From: an uncultured Clostridia bacterium | GTDB taxonomy: Bacteria; Bacillota; Clostridia; TANB77; CAG-508 | Assembly (NCBI GenBank): GCA_934130355.1 | Contig: CAKOXV010000006.1 | Span: 8,541 to 72,540 of the forward strand | DNA: 64,000 nucleotides | Direction of reading: 5' to 3' | The notes under the pieces: generated by a model | Seen by the model: the letters and a program-made list of their open reading frames with translations, nothing else | The model's database searches: none | Told to the model about the DNA's origin: nothing | Position numbers and translations under genes: made by a program | Shown here: positions 1-8,901 of the stretch, piece by piece | Position numbering within the stretch: the stretch's first letter is position 1 | Layout of the letters: every line of letters starts with the position of its first letter

Positions 1-1507
1 ATTTTCCACTACCAGTACTTCCTATAATAGCTGTAGTTTTACCTGGTTCTGCTGTAAAATTAATGTCTTCTAATATCTCTGTATCTGCATCTGGGTATCT
101 AAATGAAACATTTTTAAATTCTACTAATCCTTTTTTATTGGGGTCTAATTTTTTAGTTTCTTTTTTGTCTTGGATACTTGGTTCTGTTTCAATAACATCC
201 ATTATACGTTTAGCAGAAACTGATGCTCTTGGTAACATTATTGATATGATTGATATCATTAAGAAACTCATTATAATTTGCATAGCATATTGAATAAATG
301 CTAACATGTCTCCAACCTGCATTATTCCTTGGTCTACAAAGTTTCCTCCAAACCATACTATTAGTATTGATACACTATTCATTATAAGCATTAAAAGTGG
401 AAACATTATTGACATTGTTCTATTTACAAATATGTTTGCTTTTGTAAGTTCTATGTTTGCACCATCAAATCTATTTTCTTCTCTTTTCTCTGTGTTAAAT
501 GCTCTTATTACTGATTTCCCTGTTAAAATCTCTCTTGCTACTTCATTTAATTTATCTATTAAGTCTTGTAACTTCTTGAATTTTGGCATTGCTATTATAA
601 ATAATGTTGCTACTACTAATAATACAGTAATAACAGCTCCTCCTATAATCCACGCCATAGATGTATTACTTTGATTCATTACTTTTATAATTCCGCCAAT
701 TCCTATTATTGGTGCATATACTACTGTTCTAAATAACATAGCTAATAATTGTTGAATTTGTTGAATATCATTTGTACTACGTGTTATTAATGATGCTGTT
801 GAGAATTCTCTTAATTCTTTATTAGAAAATTGTAATACTTTGTTAAACACTTTTTCTCTTAATGTTTTTGACATCTTTGCTCCAACTCTTGAAGATAGCA
901 TCATTACTGTTATTCCACAAGCCATAGTCATTGCCGCTAATCCCAACATTTTTAACCCTGTTGTAAATATATATTTCATTTGAATTGAATCTGTATCTAC
1001 ACCTGCATTTTGATAAATTTTCTTTACATAAGTAACTGCCGTTTGTTCTTTTATACTTTGTTGCATATTTTTTATTTGCTCTGATGCTTGTTTTAAAAAT
1101 TGTTCTTTTTGTTCTTCTGTCATCTGTTCTAATTGTTCTGTTATTTGAATTGAATTTTCTTGATTTTTTATTGTTTGTGATATAATAATTGGTTCAATCA
1201 TAAGCTGTGAAAGTTCTTCTCTTTCAGTCTTACTAACTTTGTTTAGAGTATATATTCCATTTTCTTCTGAATAATTTGATAAAATTTTATCTCTATTTTC
1301 TGCAAAAATTAATAGTGAATTCATATCTTCACTATTTATTTGCTCAGGAACTGCATCTTCAATTCCTCCTGCCTGTATTCCTTCATTTACTATTTTCGAA
1401 GTATAATTGGGTAACTCTAAATCTACAGCAGCTTGTAAACATAGTAATGATACTATTACTAAAACTGCCAACCATGATTGTTTTAAATTTTTTAATATTT
1501 TTAACAT
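1..1507 (-). CDS. ABC transporter, fused permease/ATP-binding protein (N-terminal part; C-terminus runs off the window edge)
   Basis: Missing from the ORF track because it is open to the window edge. The reverse strand has ATG at 1507-1505 preceded by GGAGG (revcomp of 1513-1517). It translates as MLKILKNLKQSWLAVLVIVSLL..., followed by a TM-rich exporter domain. At the window edge it reads EPGKTTAIIGSTGSGK (Walker A). Confidence 0.8.
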   Translation of the reverse strand, partial: MLKILKNLKQSWLAVLVIVSLLCLQAAVDLELPNYTSKIVNEGIQAGGIEDAVPEQINSEDMNSLLIFAENRDKILSNYSEENGIYTLNKVSKTEREELSQLMIEPIIISQTIKNQENSIQITEQLEQMTEEQKEQFLKQASEQIKNMQQSIKEQTAVTYVKKIYQNAGVDTDSIQMKYIFTTGLKMLGLAAMTMACGITVMMLSSRVGAKMSKTLREKVFNKVLQFSNKELREFSTASLITRSTNDIQQIQQLLAMLFRTVVYAPIIGIGGIIKVMNQSNTSMAWIIGGAVITVLLVVATLFIIAMPKFKKLQDLIDKLNEVAREILTGKSVIRAFNTEKREENRFDGANIELTKANIFVNRTMSIMFPLLMLIMNSVSILIVWFGGNFVDQGIMQVGDMLAFIQYAMQIIMSFLMISIISIMLPRASVSAKRIMDVIETEPSIQDKKETKKLDPNKKGLVEFKNVSFRYPDADTEILEDINFTAEPGKTTAIIGSTGSGK

Positions 1508-1604
1508 TTTTACCTCCTGATTAAGATTGCGTTGATATTTTAATGTTGAAGTATGTCTTTTACTAAGACATTTTGTGAATTTTTTGTAAATTTTATATTG
1601 ATAG

Positions 1605-1631
1605 TAAAAAAAGGACTGTTTAAAACAGCCC
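1605..1631 (-). terminator. rho-independent terminator downstream of pfkA
   Basis: On the minus strand, GGGCTGTT-TTA-AACAGTCC hairpin (one mismatch) followed by a T-run. Confidence 0.5.
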
Positions 1632-1637
1632 AGTTTT

Positions 1638-2780
1638 TTAATCTCCTAGACAAATTCCTATGTTCCTAGCAGTTTTTACTAAATCATCATCCATTGTAAC
1701 TCTTCTTAAATTGCTTTCTGCGGTGTTTCCTGAAACTGCTCCGATTTTTGTGTTATTTCCAACTACGTCTTCTAAAGAAACATAATCTAATTTTCCATTT
1801 TTTATAACTGTTAATACACCAAATTTTCCTTCTAGTGCAAGTTCCATAGCTTTTGAACCATATTTTGTAGATAAAACTCTATCAAATGCTGTTGGAGTTC
1901 CTCCTCTTTGCATATATCCTAATGTAGTGTTTCTTGCTTCTAATCCTGTTAGCTCTTCAAGTTGTTTTGCAACTACTTGACCTACACCACCAAGTTTTGT
2001 ATTATCTACTCCTGCACCATTGTCTCTTTTGCCCATAACTGTAATTTCTCCACCTTTTGGTGCAGCTCCTTCTGCAACAACAACAACACTGAATTGTTTT
2101 CCTGCTGCTCTTCTTTTATTGATTTTTTCAACAGCTTTATTTATATCATAAGGTATTTCTGGAATTAATGCTACATCTGCTCCTCCTGCAATTGCAGATT
2201 CTAGAGCTATCCATCCTGCATATCTTCCCATTACTTCTAATACCATTATTCTGTGATGTGTTTCTCCAGTTGTGTGTAGTCTATCTAAAGCTTCTGCAGC
2301 AACTGATACTGCTGTATTATATCCAAATGTTATTTCTGTACATGCAACATCATTATCTATAGTTTTAGGAACACCTATTACATTTACGCCTTTTGTTGAA
2401 AAATCTCTTGCAGATTTTTGTGTTCCATCTCCTCCTAAAGTAAATATACAGTCAAATCCATCATTTTTAATATTTTCAACACATACATTAGATAAATCTT
2501 TATATACTATTTGGCCATTTTCTTCTACTTTATAATTAAATACATTTGCATTTGTTGATGATCCTATAATTGAACCACCTTTTGGTAAAATTCCTGAGGC
2601 TGTTTGATCATTAGCTGTACTTAATTTAACGTAATTATTTTTTAATAAACCATTGTATCCATCTATAAATCCATAGCACTCTATTCCATTATTTTCTGCA
2701 GTTTTTACTATCGCTCTTATTACTGCATTAAAACCTGATACGTCTCCACCATTGGCTAATATTGCTACTTTTTTTAACAT
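1638..2780 (-). CDS. pfkA: 6-phosphofructokinase (PfkA family, long form)
   Basis: 380-aa ORF with NGGDVSGFNAVIR, LGGDGTQ, PKTIDNDV and MGRYAGW motifs typical of the PFK family. Confidence 0.85.
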   Translation of the reverse strand: MLKKVAILANGGDVSGFNAVIRAIVKTAENNGIECYGFIDGYNGLLKNNYVKLSTANDQTASGILPKGGSIIGSSTNANVFNYKVEENGQIVYKDLSNVCVENIKNDGFDCIFTLGGDGTQKSARDFSTKGVNVIGVPKTIDNDVACTEITFGYNTAVSVAAEALDRLHTTGETHHRIMVLEVMGRYAGWIALESAIAGGADVALIPEIPYDINKAVEKINKRRAAGKQFSVVVVAEGAAPKGGEITVMGKRDNGAGVDNTKLGGVGQVVAKQLEELTGLEARNTTLGYMQRGGTPTAFDRVLSTKYGSKAMELALEGKFGVLTVIKNGKLDYVSLEDVVGNNTKIGAVSGNTAESNLRRVTMDDDLVKTARNIGICLGD

Positions 2781-2914
2781 ATAAAACTCCTCCTATTCGG
2801 TATTCCATTAAATTATTAAAATTTTACCATATCTGGTAAAATTTTCGTTTACTTTATAATTATACCAACTTTTCAATTTTTTACAAGTGATTTATAATAT
2901 TTTTTTATTTTTTC

Positions 2915-3880
2915 TTATTTACATATTAATTTATCATGTAACTCATCAATAAATTCATCTTTGACTATCTCTTTAAAAACAATAGATATTTTAGTTCTAC
3001 TAATGTCAATATTAAAAATTTCTAGACTATTTTTATTAGCAATTTCTAATATTTTATCAAGTATTTCATCTCTCGAACTAATTCCAAATCCCACGATAGA
3101 AATTCTAGAAACATCTTTTTTTATAATGCTTTTTACTCCTGAAGCTTCCATTTTATGTGATATTACTGTTCCTGGATTATCATTAAAAGTCGAACCAGTT
3201 ATTACTGACACATTATTCCTTTCAGCTATTTCCACACATCTATCATGTAAAACTTTTGCACCTTCACTTGATAATGAATGCATTTCTTCATAAGATATAT
3301 CTTTCAACTTTCTTGTTTTTGTTATTTTGTTAGGGTCTGCAGTGTAAATTCCGTCAACATCAGAATATATATAACATTGTTTTGCCTGTAAAGCTGCAGC
3401 TAAAGCCACTGCAGTTGTGTCTGAACCTCCTCTTCCTAATGTTGTAATATTATTATTTGAGTCTATTCCTTGGAATCCCGCAACGACTACGATTTTTCCA
3501 TCTTCTAATTCTTTTTCTATTCTGTTTGTATCTATATATTCAATTTTAGCATTTTGATTTTCATCATTTGTGTGTATTCCTACTTGCCATCCCATAAGTG
3601 ATATAGCCTCATATCCTAAATAATTTAATAATATAGCTAATTTGCTAGCACTAATTTGTTCACCAGCACTTAATAGCACATCCATTTCTCTTGCTTTTGG
3701 CTTTAGTGATAACTCTTCTGCTTCTTTTATAAACTTATCTGTTGTTTTACCTTGTGCAGATACCACAACTACTATATTGTTATTTTCTTCATATAACTTT
3801 ATTGTTTTGCTCGCTACAAACTGTAATTTTTCATTGTCTGCAACTGAGCTTCCTCCAAATTTGATTACAATTGTATCCAT
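2915..3880 (-). CDS. aspartate kinase (short form, apparently one ACT domain)
   Basis: 321 aa. N-terminus IVIKFGGSSV...VVVVSAQGKTTD, then GRGGSDTTAVALAAAL (amino-acid kinase fold), with an ACT-like C-terminus. Confidence 0.7.
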   Translation of the reverse strand: MDTIVIKFGGSSVADNEKLQFVASKTIKLYEENNNIVVVVSAQGKTTDKFIKEAEELSLKPKAREMDVLLSAGEQISASKLAILLNYLGYEAISLMGWQVGIHTNDENQNAKIEYIDTNRIEKELEDGKIVVVAGFQGIDSNNNITTLGRGGSDTTAVALAAALQAKQCYIYSDVDGIYTADPNKITKTRKLKDISYEEMHSLSSEGAKVLHDRCVEIAERNNVSVITGSTFNDNPGTVISHKMEASGVKSIIKKDVSRISIVGFGISSRDEILDKILEIANKNSLEIFNIDISRTKISIVFKEIVKDEFIDELHDKLICK

Positions 3881-3896
3881 ATTTTAACCTCTTTTG

Positions 3897-3946
3897 CATA
3901 AAAAAATAATAGTAATGATACTTAATTAAATACCATTACTATTATT
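3897..3946 (-). terminator. rho-independent terminator downstream of prfB
   Basis: 13-bp perfect stem AATAATAGTAATG/CATTACTATTATT (3906-3918 and 3934-3946), followed on the minus strand by a T-run. Confidence 0.6.
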
Positions 3947-3961
3947 ATATTTTTTCAAAAG

Positions 3962-5069
3962 TTATAACGTGCAAAATTTCAAATATGCTTCTATAAAACC
4001 ATCTATATTGCCATCCATTACGCTTTCTACATTTCCTACCTCATAATTTGTCCTATGATCTTTAACAAGTGTGTATGGACAAAATACATAAGAACGAATT
4101 TGACTTCCCCATGCGATTTCTTTCTGTTCACCTTTAAGTTCATCTATAGTGTCTTTTTGTTCTTGTTCTTTTAGGTTAAGTAATTTAGATTTAAGCATTT
4201 TCATTGCTGTTTCTCTATTTTGTATCTGGGAACGCTCTGATTGACAGCTAACTACAATATTTGTTGGAATGTGTGTTATTCTAACAGCTGATGATGTTTT
4301 GTTTATGTGTTGTCCTCCTGCACCAGATGCTCTATATGTATCTATTCTTAAATCATCTGGATTTATCTCTATTTGTACATCATCTGTTATTTCTGGTAAT
4401 ACTTCTAATGATGCAAAAGATGTATGTCTTCTTCCTCCAGCATCAAATGGAGATATTCTTACTAATCTATGTACCCCCATTTCACCTTTCATGTAACCAT
4501 AAGCATTTTCACCTATAATTTCAAATGTTACACTTTTTATTCCTGCTTCATCACCTTCTAAATAGTCTAATTCTTTTACTTCATAACCGTTTTTTACTGC
4601 CCATCTTGTATACATTCTGTATAACATTTCTGCCCAGTCTTGTGACTCAGTTCCTCCTGCTCCTGGATGTAATGTTAATATTGCATTATTTTTATCATAT
4701 TTTCCTGATAACAATGTTTCTAGTTGTAATTTTTCTATTTCATTTTCTAGAATTAATGTTGTCTTTATGATGTCTTTTGCAACATCCTCATCATTTTCCA
4801 AATTAGCAAGCTCAGTCAAATCTTCTAGATTTTGTATTTCTTGCATAATCTTTTGATATTTTTCTACTTTATTTTTTAATTGTTTTATTTGCGCTAAAAC
4901 TTTACTTGTTTCACTTGGACTTTTTTGCCAAAATTCTTCTTGTACAGTTTGTCCTTCTAAATCTTTTAATTGTTTTTCTAATATTTCAATGTCAAAGAGA
5001 CTCACCCAAATTTCTTGCTTTTGCTTTTAGTGCTTCTATTTTCTTAGAATTCTCTTCTAATTCTAGCAT
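3962..5069 (-). CDS. prfB: peptide chain release factor 2, requires programmed +1 frameshift
   Basis: ORF0 starts at ATG 5069-5067 ([25 protein letters not shown]) and hits an in-frame TGA (4994-4992) inside CTT TGA C. The +1 frame continues as the 347-aa track ORF, which carries SPF ([15 protein letters not shown]) and GGQ ([11 protein letters not shown]) motifs. Confidence 0.92.
4991..5012 (-). promoter_or_regulatory. prfB: prfB +1 ribosomal frameshift site (CUU UGA C with upstream G-rich SD-like GGGUGAG)
   Basis: Minus strand reads TTGGGTGAGTCTCTTTGAC. The CTT TGA C heptad is the classical RF2 autoregulatory site. Confidence 0.85.
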
Positions 5070-5079
5070 TATATCACTC

Positions 5080-6195
5080 CTATCTTTTATAATCTTCAAT
5101 ACTTAATTCTGGATATTTGAATAGTTGACCATCTTGTGTGAATTTTCCGGATTCCACGTGATTTTTCTCCATTGTTTTTGAGCCTTTTAAAAAATATTCA
5201 TATCTTGATTTATTTGTTAATATTGCTCCTATTCCTAAAACTGGATCATCCCATGTTACATCTATAGCGTACCATGCTTCATTTAATTTCACATAGTTCC
5301 AAGCATGATTTTCTGTTTGATTTTTGTTGTTTGTCCCTGTCCCTATAACAATTACATTTTCAACACCAATTTCATTCATTAAATATTGAAAAGCTTTAGC
5401 ATATCCTTCACATACACATCTTTTGTTTACTAGCGCCCCATATATGTCATATATATTATCTTCTGTCAAAGAATCTTCATATTCTATTGTATCTATCAAA
5501 TAATTATGTATTGTTCTGATTTTTTGATAATCTGTTTGTCCTTTTACTTTTTCCAATATTTCTTCTTTTGCTGATTGTATTTGTTTTTCATATTCTTCTA
5601 TGTCTTCTTTAGAACGAAAAAGATTTAATAAATATGAATCTTCTGACCCATTATTTATATATACATTATATTTTGTTCCTGTAATTTTCGTTATTTTTTC
5701 TATATTTATATACATTTTTGTAACATCTAAATAAAATACATCTGGATTTTCATATATAAATGCTTCTATTGCTGATTGATATTGCTTTTTTAATTCAACA
5801 TCTCCATTTTCTTGTGATAGCAATGACTGAAAAGCATCTGAAAATTCAATTCTATATGTTCCTGTTTTCAAGTTTTCTTTGTTTTTTTCTAATTTGTTAT
5901 ATATTGTTTTTGCAGTATTTGTTAGTTGATCATAAAAATATTTATTTCTTACAGTATTTGTTGTCTCTTGTGTTTTACCATTTACTCCATCAAACATTGA
6001 ATCATCAAAGTCAACATGCTCAGAATTCAAAGTTTCATATTTTATTATTGGAAAAATACTCTCACTTTCAAAACTAATTTCTATTCTACCATTTTGTGTA
6101 ATTTCTTTATATGTAAAATATCCTAAAACAGCAAGTACAGCTATAATTCCAATAATAAATACTGTTAATATAAATGTTATTATTTTATCTTTCAT
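5080..6195 (-). CDS. membrane-anchored transglutaminase-like domain protein
   Basis: 371 aa with an N-terminal TM helix. Cys-His-Asp core context: CVCEGYAKAFQYLMNEIG ... NHAWNYV ... IDVTWDD. Confidence 0.7.
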   Translation of the reverse strand: MKDKIITFILTVFIIGIIAVLAVLGYFTYKEITQNGRIEISFESESIFPIIKYETLNSEHVDFDDSMFDGVNGKTQETTNTVRNKYFYDQLTNTAKTIYNKLEKNKENLKTGTYRIEFSDAFQSLLSQENGDVELKKQYQSAIEAFIYENPDVFYLDVTKMYINIEKITKITGTKYNVYINNGSEDSYLLNLFRSKEDIEEYEKQIQSAKEEILEKVKGQTDYQKIRTIHNYLIDTIEYEDSLTEDNIYDIYGALVNKRCVCEGYAKAFQYLMNEIGVENVIVIGTGTNNKNQTENHAWNYVKLNEAWYAIDVTWDDPVLGIGAILTNKSRYEYFLKGSKTMEKNHVESGKFTQDGQLFKYPELSIEDYKR

Positions 6196-6311
6196 CTAAT
6201 CTCATCCCTTCTTCAAGGCACAAATGTATCACTTATTTATATTTTACTTTATATGGCAAAAAATATCAATACTTCATGAATAAGTTTTATTTTTTTGCAA
6301 ATATTACTAAT

Positions 6312-7922
6312 ATGAATTTTAAAGATTTTTTTAAGTGTTTAATTGAATATAAAAAGCCTTATAATTTTTCAATTATGAATAGCAAATTTAACAGTACTCC
6401 AGAGCCTTGTCAACAAATTCCTAATGTTTATCCTAATGTTAGTGAGAACCTGGAATTTCTTAAAAACAAATATAATGTGTTATTAAATAATGATATTATA
6501 ATACGTGAATTTAGTATGTTTGCATGTGACAAAGAATATCGTTCTTTTATTATTTGTATAGATGGGTTAGTTGATGCTATTTCTATTAATAATTTCATTT
6601 TAGAGCCTTTAATGTTAAAAAAACATAAAAACAGCAATAAATGTTCTCAAGAAAACTTATTAGAATATGTAGATTCTTGTTTGATACCTCAAAACAGTGT
6701 TAAAAAAATTACTGATTTCAAAGATGTTTTTGATGGAATTAATATGGGAGATTGTCTACTTTTCATTGATACTATAAATGTTGCGTTTGATATTGATGTA
6801 AAAAAATTCCCACAACGTGGAATTAGTAATCCTGAAAATGAAGCTGTTGTAAAAGGTCCTCAAGAAGGGTATGTAGAAAATTTAAGAACAAATACATCTC
6901 TTTTAAGACGTAAAATAAATAGTGAAAATCTTGTTATGGAAACTATTTCTGTTGGAAAAGTAAGTCAAACAAAATGTGGAGTATGTTATTTGCAAAACCT
7001 TGCAAATGGCGATTTAGTTGCAGAAGTAAAGTACAGACTCAGTAATTTAGATATAGATTCAATTATATCTACAGGTCAATTAGAACAGCTTATTGAAGAT
7101 GAAGAAGGATTTGGTGTTCCTCAAATGCTTGCAACCGAGAGACCTGACAAATGTGCTAAATATATGCTTCAGGGACGAGTTGTGGTTCTTGTTGATGGTA
7201 ATCCTTATGCATTGATTATGCCTGCAGTGATTGAAGATTTTCTTTTTTCACCAGAAGATACAAACTTAAGACCATTATTTGCTAATTTTTTACGTGGTAT
7301 ACGTCTTCTTGCATCTGTTATAACACTACTTCTCCCTGGCGTTTACATGGCAATTACAAGTTTTCATCAAGAATTATTACCTACAGAATTGTTATTTTCT
7401 ATTCTATCTGCAAGAGAAAACGTTCCTTTTCCAATTATTTTAGAGTTATTGTTGATGGAAATTTCATTTGAACTTATACGTGAGGCTAGTCTTAGAGTTC
7501 CATCTGTTATTGGAGATTCAATTGGAATCGTAGGTGCATTAATTTTAGGTGATGCTGCTGTAAATGCAGGAATTGTTAGTCCTACTCTTATAATTATTGT
7601 TGCTATTACTGGTATTGCATCATTTGCTATTCCTGACTTTTCATTTGTCTTCCACATTCGTATTTTTAGATTTTGGTTTATAGCTCTTGGCTTTACAGCT
7701 GGCTTTTTAGGAATAGGTATTGGACTTTTCATTTATCTTTCTATGTTATGTAGTGTTAAGTCTTTCGGAGTTCCTTATACTACTCCTATTACTCCTTCTC
7801 ATAATACTAGAGGAAATGGATTTTTTATTCCTCCTATTTGGAAACAAGAATATCGTGCTAGTTTTGTTTCTCCAAAGAAGGCTAAATCACAAGCAGATAT
7901 AAGTATGAAATGGAAAAATTAA
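6312..7922 (+). CDS. spore germination protein, GerA family A subunit (start uncertain; track ORF begins at 6174)
   Basis: Typical GerAA/GerKA core: SLLRRKI, ERPDK, GRVVVLVDGNPYALIMPA, and a C-terminal multi-TM region. The 6174 start would overlap the divergent upstream gene, so an internal ATG (6312) is preferred. Confidence 0.8.
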   Translation: MNFKDFFKCLIEYKKPYNFSIMNSKFNSTPEPCQQIPNVYPNVSENLEFLKNKYNVLLNNDIIIREFSMFACDKEYRSFIICIDGLVDAISINNFILEPLMLKKHKNSNKCSQENLLEYVDSCLIPQNSVKKITDFKDVFDGINMGDCLLFIDTINVAFDIDVKKFPQRGISNPENEAVVKGPQEGYVENLRTNTSLLRRKINSENLVMETISVGKVSQTKCGVCYLQNLANGDLVAEVKYRLSNLDIDSIISTGQLEQLIEDEEGFGVPQMLATERPDKCAKYMLQGRVVVLVDGNPYALIMPAVIEDFLFSPEDTNLRPLFANFLRGIRLLASVITLLLPGVYMAITSFHQELLPTELLFSILSARENVPFPIILELLLMEISFELIREASLRVPSVIGDSIGIVGALILGDAAVNAGIVSPTLIIIVAITGIASFAIPDFSFVFHIRIFRFWFIALGFTAGFLGIGIGLFIYLSMLCSVKSFGVPYTTPITPSHNTRGNGFFIPPIWKQEYRASFVSPKKAKSQADISMKWKN

Positions 7923-7946
7923 AAAGGGCTAACAGCCCTTTTTTTA
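7921..7946. terminator. bidirectional terminator between gerA-like gene and rubrerythrin
   Basis: AAAAAGGGCT-AAC-AGCCCTTTTTTT hairpin flanked by A- and T-runs. Confidence 0.65.
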
Positions 7947-8483
7947 ATAGTTTTCAGCTTTAATTTCAAAATATGCTTTTGGATGATTACATACTGGACA
8001 AATTTCTGGAGCTTTTGTTCCAACTACAATATGTCCACAATTTCTACATTTCCATATTTTAACTTCTCCTGCTTCGAAAACTTTTCCTTCTTTTACATTT
8101 TCTAATAATTTTAAATATCTTTGTTCATGTTCTTTTTCTATTTTTCCTACTTCTTCAAACAAATATGCTATTCTATCAAATCCTTCTTCTTTTGCTGTTT
8201 TAGCAAATTCTGCATACATATCCGTCCATTCATAATTTTCTCCATCTGCAGCAGCTTTTAAATTAGTTGCAGTATCTGATATTTCTCCACCATTTAATAA
8301 TTTGAACCACATTTTTGCATGTTCCTTTTCATTATCTGCCGTTTCTTGAAATATTGCAGCAATTTGCTCATACCCTTCTTTTTTTGCTTTACTTGCGAAA
8401 TATGTATATTTATTTCTTGCTTGTGATTCTCCTGCAAATGCAGTCATTAAATTTTGTTCTGTTTTTGTTCCTTTTAATTCCAT
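7944..8483 (-). CDS. rbr: rubrerythrin
   Basis: 179 aa. N-terminal ferritin-like diiron domain ([19 protein letters not shown] ... EKEH) and a C-terminal rubredoxin-like CRNCGH...CPVCNHPK. Confidence 0.9.
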   Translation of the reverse strand: MELKGTKTEQNLMTAFAGESQARNKYTYFASKAKKEGYEQIAAIFQETADNEKEHAKMWFKLLNGGEISDTATNLKAAADGENYEWTDMYAEFAKTAKEEGFDRIAYLFEEVGKIEKEHEQRYLKLLENVKEGKVFEAGEVKIWKCRNCGHIVVGTKAPEICPVCNHPKAYFEIKAENY

Positions 8484-8560
8484 AATTTTACCTCCTATTT
8501 TTTCAAAAGTAGAATATCACATTTATCTTAAAAATGCAATGCTATTTTTTCATTACTTGA

Positions 8561-8900
8561 TATTTTAGCCACTTATGGTTCAATACCACCATTACATTAT
8601 ATATATTAAAGTCATTCCAAATTTTGGACAAGCTAAACTTTCGTATAAAATCTAATAGTGCCAAAAGCGCCTCTTTCACTTAGTCCAAAAATTAATATAT
8701 TACTATGAAATAAGGCAAAGACCCCCGACGAAGACCCCAGCTATGTTTTTGCCATGGAATAGTAATATATTAATTTTTGACGTGAACATTCCTCTTTTGG
8801 CACTCTAAGATTTTCTATACTCAAGTTTAGATGCACAAAATTTTCCGTTTTTTAATATATATGATGTAATGGTGGTATTGAGCCATAAGTGGCTAAATTA
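8561..8900 (+). repeat. nested palindromic intergenic element, copy A (outer unique arms + L/R frame + inner hairpin module)
   Basis: Outer arms 8565-8597 and 8864-8896 (33 bp, 1 mismatch). L block 8617-8655, R block 8806-8846. Inner 20-bp perfect stem at 8687-8706 and 8759-8778. Homologous to the copies at 22468, 28547, 39695 and 62644. Confidence 0.9.
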
Positions 8901-8901
8901 T

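Noticed and set aside
2915-3880. Aspartate kinase (321 aa) as a truncated or frameshifted gene.
   Set aside because: Only 134 bp separate it from pfkA, which is too short to hold a missing ACT domain in another frame. The ORF ends in an intact ACT-like segment, so it is more likely a naturally short form.
6174-6311. Upstream extension of the gerA-like ORF to 6174 (582 aa).
   Set aside because: It would overlap the start of the divergent transglutaminase-like gene and add a non-homologous, Phe/Tyr-rich N-terminus. GerA-family proteins are usually about 480-540 aa.
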